NCBI GenBank assembly: GCA_040954595.2
Contig: CM082587.2
Coordinates: 1,387,500-1,451,499 of the forward strand
Origin: Balanoglossus misakiensis
Taxonomy: Eukaryota; Animalia; Hemichordata
Reading direction: 5' to 3'
Length of the DNA stretch: 64,000 bases
The stretch's first letter is position 1. Every line of letters starts with the position of its first letter. A model generated the notes under the pieces. That model was not told where the DNA came from and ran no database searches. It saw nothing but the letters and a program-made list of their open reading frames with translations. Shown here piece by piece: positions 15,282 to 44,733 of this stretch. Both the position numbers and the translations under genes were made by a program.

Positions 15282-15696
15282 GTAAGTGAAATTTCTCTGC
15301 AAAACGTAGCCTTGCAAGTTGTAGATTCACATCTAAGCACGGTAGACGGTCTATTCAATGATTTTCATTCATGAGGCAATGTCTTCGTTAGAAACTGGAC
15401 ACGTATAGTGCAGAGAACACGTAGCTTTGTTACTTACGTGATGACCGCGTTCAAATTGTTGGACCCTCCTCTCTCGTCTGCCCCGGAGCGTCACGAACCA
15501 TCGTATTATCACTTGTAATTATTGGGACATTGTGCTCTTACTGTTTGTGCACTGTGTACGATAGTTAGCTAAGACCAACGGATTTATATTCGGCATGAGG
15601 GTTTGAGAGTACACCTGTACATAAAACCGTGTCCAAGATTGTTAGCTCAGTCTAGATAAACAGGCATGTAATCTGTACAAGTTATATACAAATCTA

Positions 15697-15865
15697 TACA
15701 TACCTACATACCTACATACATACCTACATACATACATACATACATACATACATACATACATACATACATACATACATACATACATACATACATACATACA
15801 TACATACATACATACATACATACATACATACATACATACATACATACATACATACATACATACAT
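15697..15865. repeat. (TACA)n tetranucleotide microsatellite
   Basis: About 40 near-perfect TACA units, directly visible. Confidence 0.97.
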
Positions 15866-16800
15866 TCATGTTTCGTGGGTTACTGGCCTCACGTATCATA
15901 CATACGCATATTATCACTAACTTGTAGCTATTATCTGTACATTATAGTCACACGTGTTAAATCCCTGAAGTGAACTGTTTTTGTAATTCAAGCTGTGTTA
16001 GAATTATTTCAGTTTTGAGTACGCCGGCAGCCATTAACCAAGAAAGTAATCAACGGTTTGTGCTAACATTCACTGTCACTCAGACAGATCAGTGTTCATG
16101 CGATCGACTGTCTGTATTATTTTTATTCAATGATTATTCGGTAAATAATCTGGTTTTCCGTCATGGCTATTACGTCAAACTCTGAACGTTTATGGAACGT
16201 GATCCAGCATACAAATATATTCAAACGGGCGTGAATGAATTTCCGTCGCTCGTTCGTTTTCTCAACATTTGGCAGTTATCGTCTCAACTGTAGGCGTCGA
16301 AGCGTCTAATAGGGACGCTTATTGTTGGCTGTATGTGATTTCAGGAGGACAAGCAAGTGCTTGTTATTATTCTTAATAAGCTCGTTTCAGGTCGCGTTTT
16401 ACACTCTTTGAATCGATGTTCTTTTCCTTTACCTATTAATTCGCCAAGCACGAATATATCACGTCAAGACATATTGCGTGTGATTGTCTCTGTGACAAAA
16501 TCTGTCCATCAAAACATAGTGAAATCGACAAAGTGGCGAACATGCATTGATTTCCATCCAAAGGCAATATCAAAAGCCACACATGTTAAAGACGTGTGTT
16601 TTTCAAAAGTACAATCGCAGAATTCTCATCTATACAATACTTACAGACACGGTCTGCCAATTCGATCGAAGTGACAACTACTATAAGGTATCGCATACAA
16701 GTTCATTAAATTTTGTACATCAATCATGGATCATTTTTTGAGTTTCCTCAAAGACTATATTTTTCTTTGCAGAGTTGAAGACACCTTTAAAACTTCAGAC

Positions 16801-17022
16801 ATGACTTCGAAGCGTATTATCATTGTCGCCCTGGTTGTTATGTTCTGCGTGGCAGCCATGGGAGAAAAGACGTTCTCCGAGCGGGACTTGAAGAATCAGG
16901 AAAACGAAGTCGTGGTCAAACGTGATAGATTGTGCCGTCGTTACAAAAGCATACCGTCGGAATACTTCAACTGCATGTGTGAGACGTACGGCATCTGTGA
17001 CGGAGTTGGCGGCCAGTGGTAG
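16801..17022 (+). CDS. Small secreted cysteine-rich prepropeptide (73 aa), family unrecognised
   Basis: MTSKRIIIVALVVMFCVAAMG (signal peptide), EKTFSERDLKNQENEVVV (charged spacer), KR, then DRLCRRYKSIPSEYFNCMCETYGICDGVGGQW (32 aa, 4 Cys). Splice acceptor at 16772, upstream TATA/exon, AATAAA at 17434. Confidence 0.85.
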   Translation: MTSKRIIIVALVVMFCVAAMGEKTFSERDLKNQENEVVVKRDRLCRRYKSIPSEYFNCMCETYGICDGVGGQW

Positions 17023-18302
17023 AAGAAAAGCAAAGACGGTTATGTACAGAAAAAGAACACCCACTTGACCACTGTCAATGAACGACATATCATTCGTAGA
17101 ACTGCCATAGACATTTTGAACTGATCTTTCGACACTGTAACAAACCTGTTAGCAAATGAGAGTTGTGAGGCATTGTAAATCAAATGTGATATTCAATGCA
17201 CACAACCTGTGTATTGTAAAAAAAAGTTCTGTCGTTGATTCTTGGGTGTATCATTAATTAAAGGAGCTGGAACGTTTCTAGTTTCCAGATAAGAAACGAT
17301 GGCATTCTTGAAGTTCATGCATACACATATTGACAGGACATGCGCAGGCAACAGCATACGCCTGTCTACCCGAGGAAATGTGAATCACCATAAAATGATG
17401 AATGTCTCACATAAAAATTCTGATCTGTACTCAAATAAAATCGTATGGTCACTGTGCTCAATTTTGAGCTAAAACTTCGTTGAATGTGTTCACCCGTAGA
17501 AAACACAAAAAGTTGACAATGCAAGAAATATTGTCACGTTAGAAAATAGTATTCTTCTCGAGAACGTCAGGTTAAACTATTTTTGTGCAGTTCATGACGT
17601 ACAACGACACATATTTTGATATTTGATCTCTGACTAGGTATGTTTATCATCCCAACACGGATAAAATAAATTGTATGGTTTTCCCTTTTCCCAAAGCGCT
17701 TCCCCCGAGATTTCGTCAAGAAATACAGATATTCATTCTGTACACTTTGTTTCGGTCAAGAGGGATCGTGGCGTTCCCAAAAGTACATGCAAACACAGAT
17801 GTTATTTTCGATTTTTCATTTTGCGTTTCATATCAATCACTGGCGTATCTTCAAAAGCCCATTTCTCAAATTTCCAGCGATAACTGTCCAGGCTGAACAC
17901 ATACATCTTTCCTGGTGATTGGGGGGGGGGGGGGGCAACATATATCCTTGGCAGAATAGTCACTCCCGGCCCAGTCGGTGGCACACGTGGAAAAAGTTCG
18001 CCACCACACGGTCATTCGAAGACTTTAATTACAGAGAGAGACATATACAATCAAAGCTGGGTGTGTCAGATTCAGATGGTGTCCACTCCCTCATGTTACT
18101 GCTGACAGAAACAGCCACGACAATATCGGGTTACGCAGAGGGCGCTATTATATTAAAAGAGAGCACCATAAAGGAATTAATAATTGGGGAAAAAACACGG
18201 TCGCATGCGAATTCAAGTAAATTCACGAAATAAATACAGGCCCTGGGCGAACTGGAGGCCACGTGCGACTGTGGTTGCAAGACGAATTCAAAGCATGCAG
18301 GT

Positions 18303-18378
18303 CTAGACTGAGACTAGGCTAGGCTAAGCTAGGCTAGGCTAGGCTAGGCTAAACTACACTAGAATAGAATAGAATAGA
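18303..18378. repeat. Compound pentanucleotide microsatellite (GGCTA)n/(GAATA)n
   Basis: Directly visible tandem units. Confidence 0.85.
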
Positions 18379-19776
18379 CACCTGTTGACCGTGCTTTTAA
18401 TGACCAGCGGCCTTTAATGTGTTATATATTCGCACTCATCAAAGAACAATTTTCATATCTGAGAGATTCACACCTTTTGGATGGCCTTTACTACTCAAGT
18501 TGGGCTGCGCCCTGCGTGCTGATAAAATCATGTAGCCTATAGGTGTTCAATAATAAGTGTTTTTTTTTAACACTGACGTCAGAAAGCATCTTATTGTAAG
18601 TAATTTATCTGGCGGCTGACATCTAACTATATTTACTTTAGTTATATTGTATAGAATAAGTATGTTTGGCTTTATTTCACCCGTTCGAAAGATCACTCGG
18701 TAAAATTTACAATTTATTGGGCTGTTTATGTCTGCTGGTTAGCTGATCCGACCTTTTTCGTCAATCGTGGGTACTGCCTATACATGTCCCTATCGCCATG
18801 GTGATCAGTTGACGATAGTGGAAGCTTGACTACAAAGAAAAACGCCAACACCTTCATCCAATTTGTCTTGGCCAGCAATTAACACTTTTGCCCTGGAAGT
18901 AACAACTTGTGACGTCAAGTCACAACCTTCGCTTTCCACAGGAAGCAATCATCCGTCCCGTCAAGTGTTTGTTCGCGGCCATCCGCAATTAGGATAGGCC
19001 GCCCTAACTCGCCCATGTGGAAATTTGCTTAATCCATCCGTTTTACAATAGAAATAGTGAGCTAATTATAAGATAACATCCTTAAATTTGCATCGCATGG
19101 TAGAAAATCTGTGCGGTTGGTTTCGCCTGAAATCAGTTAATCTGCTTTTTCAAATAGTAAAATTACCGACGCTTGAAGTCGTGAAAGTTCACACCTTTTA
19201 TCAGAAGGGAAATTAGTCGGCTGAAGAGAACCCCAACAAGTGAGGAGTCGTGACTTGGCACCCTGCAAATTAACTGCTAATGAATATTCATAATGTCTTC
19301 TTAAGCACCCAAATCAAAAGATAGGCTTCACTTTCATCTGCCGTCTGTAGCTCGTCGACATTGGTGATGGACAATAACTGAGCGTCTTTCCTGCTCACAG
19401 GAAGGTTTGTAGTTTTAATATTTGTTTCAAAATCTACATCTTTCGGCCTGAGGTTTGATTTTGTTTGTTTATATTTTCAAATTAATTTTAGTTGCAAAGA
19501 CAGTGTTTGAGAACCTGGAATGCTGTGTAATTGAATTTCATTGTTCGCCACTAGCCTCTATTCCTTTGTCAAAAAGTAGTCCAAGGAAAAATATTTTCCC
19601 ACAGGTCAGGAACCATTTGCAAGGGAGTTATTCTTGGCCATGTTTCTTCTTTTACTTCTTAAAAATTCTTTAAAATTGCAAGGCTATTCGGACTCAATTA
19701 TTATTGTGTCCAATTCAAGTCGCCAATGGTTTCTTTGTTCATTTCCTTTTATTTCAGGAACGAATCCAGTGCAAAG

Positions 19777-36857
<17,081 letters not shown>

Positions 36858-37301
36858 ACAATCGCACAGACACATGGTTAAATATTTTCATTATATGCAC
36901 TTAAATGTGTTCATCTGGCTAGTCTTGTCAATACGTTATAATAAATATGAATATTAACACTTTAATGCAATATAGATTTAATATGTGTTAATGTAAATTC
37001 ATTTATAGTCAGGTGTTGCAAGTGTTCTTTTGAACAAAGAGCTCTGGATAGAAATTATTACACATGCCAATATCGGTAGAGGAAGTGTTGCATTTAGATG
37101 CCTTGATAGCGGTTTTCTGACAAGATTTGAATGTATTTGCATATTTTCTTCGTATTTATGTTATGAGTAAAAAAATCGTATAGTCAATCATTGTCATACT
37201 CAAAACAACAAAATACTGAGAATGTAGCCCAGAGTTCGAGGTACTGGAGCTCTAAAGCTGTGAAATAAAGAAATGGTCAGTATTTGAAGATATTTTTATT
37301 T

Positions 37302-40300
37302 TTAAAAATTTAAATCACTGGTATCCACGGTGATGCGCAGGAAAGCAATGTCATCTTTCACGTAAACTTGTCTACCATTTTCTAGCGTACTAAGTGGCAT
37401 GAACAGCGGGCAGCCTGATGCAATGTTCATGTCGCTGGTCGGTCTTCTGAACGAATTTGAAGTCGGGTCTGGTCGGAACGCGTCAACCAGGTGTTCTCGG
37501 TTGTTCTGGTCGATCCACATGAACGTCACCTTCTGCCGGAAAGGCCACCGCAAGAGAGCATCGTACTCTCCTTTCAAGATGGTGAAAAACAGCGACACGT
37601 GGTTGCCTTTACCCATGCCGTCTCCATTCAGGTAGACACGGGCGCACATCTTGTATCCGAACCTGCTTGTGTAGAATTGCGGAGAATATATGGAAAGTGT
37701 TCGGCCGGATATTGCGTCTTGTCGTTTCCGGGCGAAATCTGGAATCTTCCAATCCAAAATACCATTGTATGACGTCATCTCGAGAGACTGGATACGAAGA
37801 TCTTGTTCGGCGAGACTAATATCTTTTTGTGCGATTATTCTATCTTGAGCTTTAACCTTCTTCTGCAGCATTTCAAGGAGGTCTTGGTTTCTTTTCGCTT
37901 CTTTCTTCTCTTTCTGGACCATTTCCGCATTTCTTTCAACTTGTTGGTTTAAAACGGCCACAATCCCTTGGCAAGTGGCGATTTTGGTTTCCAGGACTGT
38001 GGTCTTGGTCTTCAAACTTTTGACCACTTCTTCGTTTTTGTTGACTATTGCCCGCACTTTCTGACTGTCGACCGATGGCGTATTCTTCATGTGTGACTGA
38101 GCGCTTTTTATTTCATTCTCCAATGCGGCTACTCTTTCTTGCAGCGACTCTGCGTTCGTCGCCTGTTCTCGGACGAGTGACGTCATCCCCTCGATGGTTC
38201 TTCCGTTTCTTTGGTAACTGTCCATTGACATCTTGATATCCACCACTTTGTTCAGCAATAACTGCGTGTGATCTTGGATGGCATTTGCGTCATGTTCCGA
38301 CTGTTTGTCGCGGTCGATCTGAAAGAAGAGTGAGAGATGTTTATGTATAGACTATATAATAAAGCTTAGATGTAGACAGACAACTTGGCAATCCTGCAGA
38401 AGTAGGCTTGACAACCGGTCAATAAGGAAGACAATAATAATCGTGGCACCAATTAGCCCCATGCGGAAAATAAGAGATACTATATCCCATCGTTGGATGA
38501 CTTGAGCATGGATTGTTTTGTCTAAATACTGTATTTACAGGTGTCCTTACCAGATCTTCGCAACCAATGGCTTGAAACTTACAGGCCTCTCTTGTTCTTC
38601 TGCAAGTACCGCTACTTTTGTCGCTATGATGTTGAAGCTGCGATAATTCAAGAATTTTTATTTGGTTAGATTTTGTACAGTATATGTAGGCACATATAAT
38701 ATGCTCCTCGCGAGACATTATTAGTCGTCGGAATGATCAAAGTAATGGGTTTGCGTAAAAAACGGGAATACGTCACTCACCTCTCCCCTGGGAATGTTCT
38801 CATTACAGAACTTACAGGAAACCGGTACGCCCTGACACTCCGTGTGAAGGTGATTCTGCAGCAACAGATGAAAGGAATATTAAGCGACAAATAGCACGTT
38901 TCAAATTCTTTTCTGACGATGCCAAGAAACTACAGTATCGTTCATAAAACGGGAGGGGGGGGGTTTCAAAACGAGATCGGTATCTTAACAGTAAAACTGC
39001 AAGTAAAGAGAAGGGCGTCAGTAAAAATGCTCTTACTTCAAAATCTTTATAAATAAGTTTCAAATCACAGTGTCTGCACGTTGTTAATCGCAGAGGACAG
39101 TCGTTTTCCAAATGTGTGTCCAGATCTTTCCGTCGTATCTTCTCTGAGCATCCTTGTTTGAAGCATATTATCAATCCGTACTCGCATACTTCTTCGTGTT
39201 CCTGTGATTGTGTGGGACGTGGACAGAATATACAATCAGAGACTAATGAACACATCAATGTCTGTCTAGCCGACATTATCCTTGGGTGGAACAGTTGATT
39301 CTGTCGTCATTTTATTCAATGCTAAATAGTCAACCGGTTTTCCCTATTTGATATTCGTAACACGGCCACTGTGTAGTGAATAAGTGTTGTAAAGGAATTT
39401 AAGAGTCATGGGGAAGGGCCACAAGAAAATGTCGGCTGACGCTCTTAGGAGGTTGAGGACCCTTGACCCGGTCGATTCTTTGTTCATTGTATTGCAACAT
39501 CGAACAACTAAGGGTCTTTGATCAGGCTTATTTTTTATCAGAAGTACATGGATTGCGAAATGGGTGACATTTTGTGTTTTCTTACAAATCTCTTCTTTTG
39601 ATTGGTTCTTTTTATCCTTTGTCCTCTGATAGAATAGACTTCTGCAACGTCTGCAGAAATTACTAGTAGCTTGTAACAATGGCATCAAAGTCCATACCTT
39701 CACACACATTTAACGTTTAATGATGACACAGCAGGTAACATCCATGTACTAACTAATCATTTAATGTCATTATACTTACCACAAATTTCACAAAGATTCC
39801 AGTCCAGTGACACCCATCATTGACACACTTTGCAGACAACTTTCGCATTTCTCTCTTAATTGCATAGTCAGGATTTATCTGTTTTTGCAAAGAAAATGTC
39901 TGAAGATTAACATGTGGTGATCGAAGTACGAAATAAAGCTTCCCTTCTTCCACTCATTATGCGCACAATAATCAAATTACTGACACTGGGTTGTGATTTT
40001 CATTAAAGGGCCCCAAAGGGTCTATATCTATTTTTAACGTTTCAGAGGATTTGTCGCTAATACCAGGTCCCAGTTTAGTATAAGAGAGCCTGCTTGAAAC
40101 GGGCCATGCAAAGAACGTAATTTCAAAGTCCTGGTATTTGACTTTTTTCGCTATTACGTCAGATCGAGCTATTTCATGTTTGGTGATCGGTACTTACTGT
40201 GTCAACACTCAGAATGCTGTCTTCCGATGTCGGATCTTCCGTCGAACAAACTGGACACTCATATCGACCGGTTTGACTATGAATCCAAATAAAGAAAGTG

Positions 40301-41739
40301 TAGAAAGTGTATATATAAGCATATATTGCCTTGCCGATACCTCATATGAAAGTCACGAATAATTGATACATTGAGTGAGTGATGGATGATGCATAGAATG
40401 ATGAGTGGCTAGATTGGCTGATCGATTGATCGATCAATCGTAAAGAGGGTTGAATTATCTAGCAACTTCTTCAAACAAGTTTACTTTACGGATATAGCCA
40501 ATTAAGGATGTACGCGCAGAACATAAACCGGAAACAGTGCGCGCCCGGTCTTTTTCCCATAGGATTACATTGAAAATTGCTAGAAAACAAACTTCTACTA
40601 TTGTCATTTTCACGAAATTTTACACATAGCTCAATCCAGCAAATATAAATTCATTGGTCAAATAAAATATAGGGGTCACCGCGCTCTATTTTGAGATAAA
40701 TTGCGTCAAAAATTTTGCCCATAGACAAACCATTGGTGAAAAATGCTGAGTCATCTGTTTTCTTCTATTATCGCCTAAATTCATGGCTCTGTATTTCAAA
40801 AACAAGTGCGGTGACCCCTATATTTTATTACGGATTTTCATTATACCTACAAAGGAGAATCCAAAAATCCACAATTAAAAAAAATGACAATACTTTCATT
40901 TTTACTGAACGTACATCCTTAAGTGCATATTGCAATACCGGCCGCGGGTCTCTTTTATTTCTGAATGAAGCATTTGAAAAGTACGTGTACCTAAAATCAC
41001 TACATGCACGAGAAAAACTGTACAAACATAGAAACCATTCCATTTCCCACCACATACACTGTCGATATTTCTTGACTGGTACATATAACTACACTATCAT
41101 TGTACTGAGTCAGCTTGTACAGTATCCCGAGGTGATTGTCCTAAAATGACCTTTGTCACCAGTTTACTTTAGGTACACGTCACTGGCCAACCATGTGCAA
41201 CATGGTGGGTGTACAGAACGTTCTAGTCTAGTATCTAGCCAAATATGATACGGCTATACTAGACTAAGAATGTTCTTGAAATTCGCGGGGAGGGGGTCCT
41301 ACATGTCATTACGACATGTTGGTACTGATTCAACATGTTCAAACGGTGAATTAATGTGTGTAGCCACGTGACCACCCACCGGAATTGAAGTCGACCGCCA
41401 CGTAGTGTATAGACTTTTCTGTAGTGGTTTTTAGACGTGAGTCACAATATCCGTATTAAAACGGATTCTCTTTTATCCATATTCATGATTCTACGAATAT
41501 ATGATTACATCCGTCTTAATTTAAGTACATTCCTGGTACCAGGAGGAACTATAGTATATACACAAGGCGGCGGCCGACTTCCGTCAGCAAAAAGTCTACC
41601 TTATTAAGTGGTCTATGCAACTATAGCAAAATCTATGGCCACATAGACTCTGTTTAGGATTCCTAAGGATAAGTTGGCAGTGAGTACAGAGGTATTTCGG
41701 CGGCACTCCGTCAATAACCAATTTGGAGTATCCCGGCAT
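37302..41739 (-). CDS. TRAF2: TNF receptor-associated factor, TRAF2/3-like (RING, 5 zinc fingers, coiled coil, MATH), about 553 aa
   Basis: Exons 41739-41600 (MPGYSK..CTHC..CGHRFCYSC, missed by the ORF track), 40276-40198 (CPVC), 39878-39780, 39201-39037, 38855-38781, 38637-38551, 38318-37302. MATH domain with FYTSRFGYKMCARVYLNGDG, DALLRWPF, DQNNREH, MNIASGCPLF. Symbol is tentative within the TRAF1/2/3/5 clade. Confidence 0.92.
40506..40918. mobile_element. TTAA-flanked MITE (Kolobok-like), TRAF intron
   Basis: ttaa|ggatgtacg ... cgtacatcc|ttaa; internal 22-bp inverted repeat aataaaatataggggtcaccgc / gcggtgacccctatattttatt. Confidence 0.8.
41224..41266. mobile_element. 43-bp micro-element with TAGTCT termini and 9-bp target-site duplication
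   Basis: tagtctagtat...atactagacta inverted ends flanked by agaacgttc / agaatgttc. Confidence 0.65.
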
Positions 41740-44511
41740 CCTATAAAAATGCCGCCTGCGCACTGTCAGCTGACGTTTTTGTTGTCTCCTTTATGTTTTC
41801 TTTTCGTAGATATTATGTTGATGTTCTTGTAATTGTTGATGATCACTTGTTTCATAATTCCTTAATCGAAAAGAAAAAAAAGAGTGATTACTTATAATTA
41901 GACAAAGAAAATGCTTGTTACCCATAATGAATGGGTTGGCCTTAAAGGAATCTTTACATTCACATAGTCATGTTACAATAGATGAATAAGAATTTTTTTA
42001 GACACTCATTTGTATTTTTGCGTAATTTTCCTTGAGTGACTTTGATTGTGATTGTGATTGTAAGAGAAGTAAGAGTCCAAGTTGAAAACAAAAACGTTAG
42101 GCCAGGATGCCTACTTACTGGAAACACTTGTTGCACAATTGAATTGAACTGCCATGTTTTGAGAATATACTTTACCTTAATTGGCCTGTGATGACTTAAT
42201 AATTTTCGATATAGGTTCTCTTCTTCTCATTTTCTGGTCACACACGGACGTCGTCCTAACCGGCTTGTCCAGCTGACCGACCACGTGTCGGTAACTGGAA
42301 GAGTGATTCTACCTAATATACAGTTGACTGGTCTGTGGTGGTATGGCACATGTGACAGACACGCCCATGGCCCACGCGGGCACCAACACCGTGCGCACGT
42401 GACACACACAGTGCCATGCATACTATCAAAACGGGAAATCTGATTGATAGCATTATACATGGTTAATGGTTCAGCATTTTATAAAAAAAAATGCGGGTTA
42501 GACAGATTTTAAGTAGGTTTATCTGATCAGTCGTAAATGTTGATTTGGCCCAGCGATTTTGTCTGTAGGCCTACTAGAAGCATAGAAGCACAGCTGGATC
42601 ATCAGCATACTAGAAGTTTGCTGATGATCATATCCAGCCATTGTCAGCTTTCCAAATAATTGCATTTTAGCATTGTTCTCTTATTTTGAAAATAGCAACA
42701 TCATTACTTCAAATAGATTTTGAAATACTAAAAAACATTAACATACAATGTACACTGGTGAAACAAATGTGACTGTTGGATCATGCGTGTGGGTGGTGTA
42801 CCCTTTCGCTCTGTTTTCATTAAAGTATGACTATGGCACAGCATTGTCTTATTGTATGGTAATCTCGTTGCAAAAAAGATAAAGTATGTAGAAATTACCT
42901 CATTGCGTTCTTCGAGCAAGCGATGGAAGATAGTGTACAGCCAGCCATCGATTCGGATCCCTTGTGAAGTAACATCTTTCGTCCCACAATGTGAGTATTT
43001 TTCGCAACGCATTCACTGACGGTTACCTGTTGCTTCAGTACCACCTGTTGTTTCTCTATACCTAGCTTTCCAGTTAGGCGCTCTTTTAAATCGCATGCAT
43101 TGGTTGAAACACGGTCCCCAGATATGGATAGAGGAATGAAGGACTGTGGTTGAAAGGACCAATTGCAGAGCGGCCGGTCGTCCCATTTTGTGTCCGGTGA
43201 TCCTGGGGTAGTCAAATTTCGGAGACCGAAAACGAGTTCAGTCCGCGACGATCAGTTCGGCTAGCAATCATGAAATCACCTACCGAAGTTTACTATCGAT
43301 ATTAAGCTGCCGTGCGTAAGCTTTCACTCTCGCAGATTTACGGAGGAGATGGACGAATATTCTTGTGAAAGCGATTGGCCACCAATACACAGCGTGAATA
43401 CGCGCCTCCACTACAATGCGTAAACATACTAAGAGTATTTCCCCGTTTGACTAGACTGTAGCAGCTAGGGTCATAGTACATGTAATAAATTGTTATATTT
43501 GTTTAAAGTAGAGCCACTGCTTGATATTGGACGTAGTTTTTTCAGACTGCGACTGCGCTCAGAGCAGCTGGATCCTGCATGACGTATGAACGCTGGTATG
43601 CAGAGTAAATACCTGTGCAAGCACGTCAGGTTACCGTAGGATAGGAGTATCACCAATTAAATGTACCACAAATTTGGCTTTGAAGATTACATGAAGAATT
43701 CCTGAAAGAAAATCTATGATCTATTACTACAAGGCTCGGTAAAAACCAACTGCAGAATCTGTCGCTTTTCGTTTCGATGTTTTTGTTCCCTTTGCACGAC
43801 TTTCCATCCTTCAACGGTGAACGCATATGCACACGACCACCGCCGCGCATAAACGAAAGTCCAGAATTAATCCTCTAGCAATTGGTCTGGCAGCAATATT
43901 GTATTGTGTTTTCTTTATATCACGTCATTACTCGTTTTGCTTCTGTTTATAGGTTGCATGAGAGTGCAATTGTATACTAGTATTGTATTTAGTGCATGTG
44001 TAAAACATGAACAATGGGCGCCCGTATCCACGTGGGAGGGAGACGGGGGAGTCTAGCTACACAAAAAAGTTTAAAAAATACATCAATTGTTCTATTGTAA
44101 AAAAACAAGAACAATCATGTGAGTGTTTTCTCGTTGTTTTTGTCGTGTTCAGTTTTGATAAACAAGTTTACACTTTATCATGTGAGTTTTTCTTAAGTGC
44201 TGTATTTTGCATGTTGTAGGCGATTGTGCATATTTTGCAGCGACAGCAGTATTTTAAGTTAAATGGTACATCATTTTACGTACACATATAAAACATAAAG
44301 TATATAAAGATATATTATCTTTGGAGTGCAGAGTGAACACAATTCTGGAAAGTTGTTGAAAGTGGTCGACATCGGTATATATCATGAAAATCGGGCAAAG
44401 CAAGGAGTTTAATTGATTTTTTACTAGCTGGCAGTCTATCCGTAACTGCAGTTGTCCCATTATTTAGTTTTAGCAAAGATACATGCCATCATTTTTTACT
44501 TTTTCTATCTG

Positions 44512-44530
44512 GAGAGAGAGAGAGAGAGAG
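44512..44530. repeat. (GA)n microsatellite upstream of PRDX6
   Basis: Directly visible. Confidence 0.8.
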
Positions 44531-44572
44531 GGACCTCTATATAGTCTTTCGGTATCGTCATTGGGTGTATTC

Positions 44573-44585
44573 TGACCTTTGACCT
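44573..44585. promoter_or_regulatory. Perfect DR1 nuclear-receptor element upstream of PRDX6
   Basis: TGACCT-T-TGACCT about 150 bp before the ATG at 44734. Confidence 0.4.
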
Positions 44586-44733
44586 TTGCCATGTCACCTG
44601 TTTGTTGCGTTTCCACACGTGACCGTGGTTTCCAGCAGCAAAGGACCCCGCCCCTTTTCACTGGCCCGTGTCTTTGGTTCCACACATCCCTCAGAGCACA
44701 CGCGTCCCAGATTCACTCCGTTCTTTCGTCAAA

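Noticed and set aside
15642-15917. ORF with (CMYV)n repeats
   Set aside because: Translation of the (TACA)n microsatellite.
16726-16800. Longer N-terminus for the peptide precursor given in the ORF track
   Set aside because: It crosses a strong splice acceptor at 16772; the ATG at 16801 starts a clean signal peptide.
16924-17019. Mature peptide as an insulin/relaxin-family member
   Set aside because: No CC motif, no B-C-A chain layout, only four Cys.
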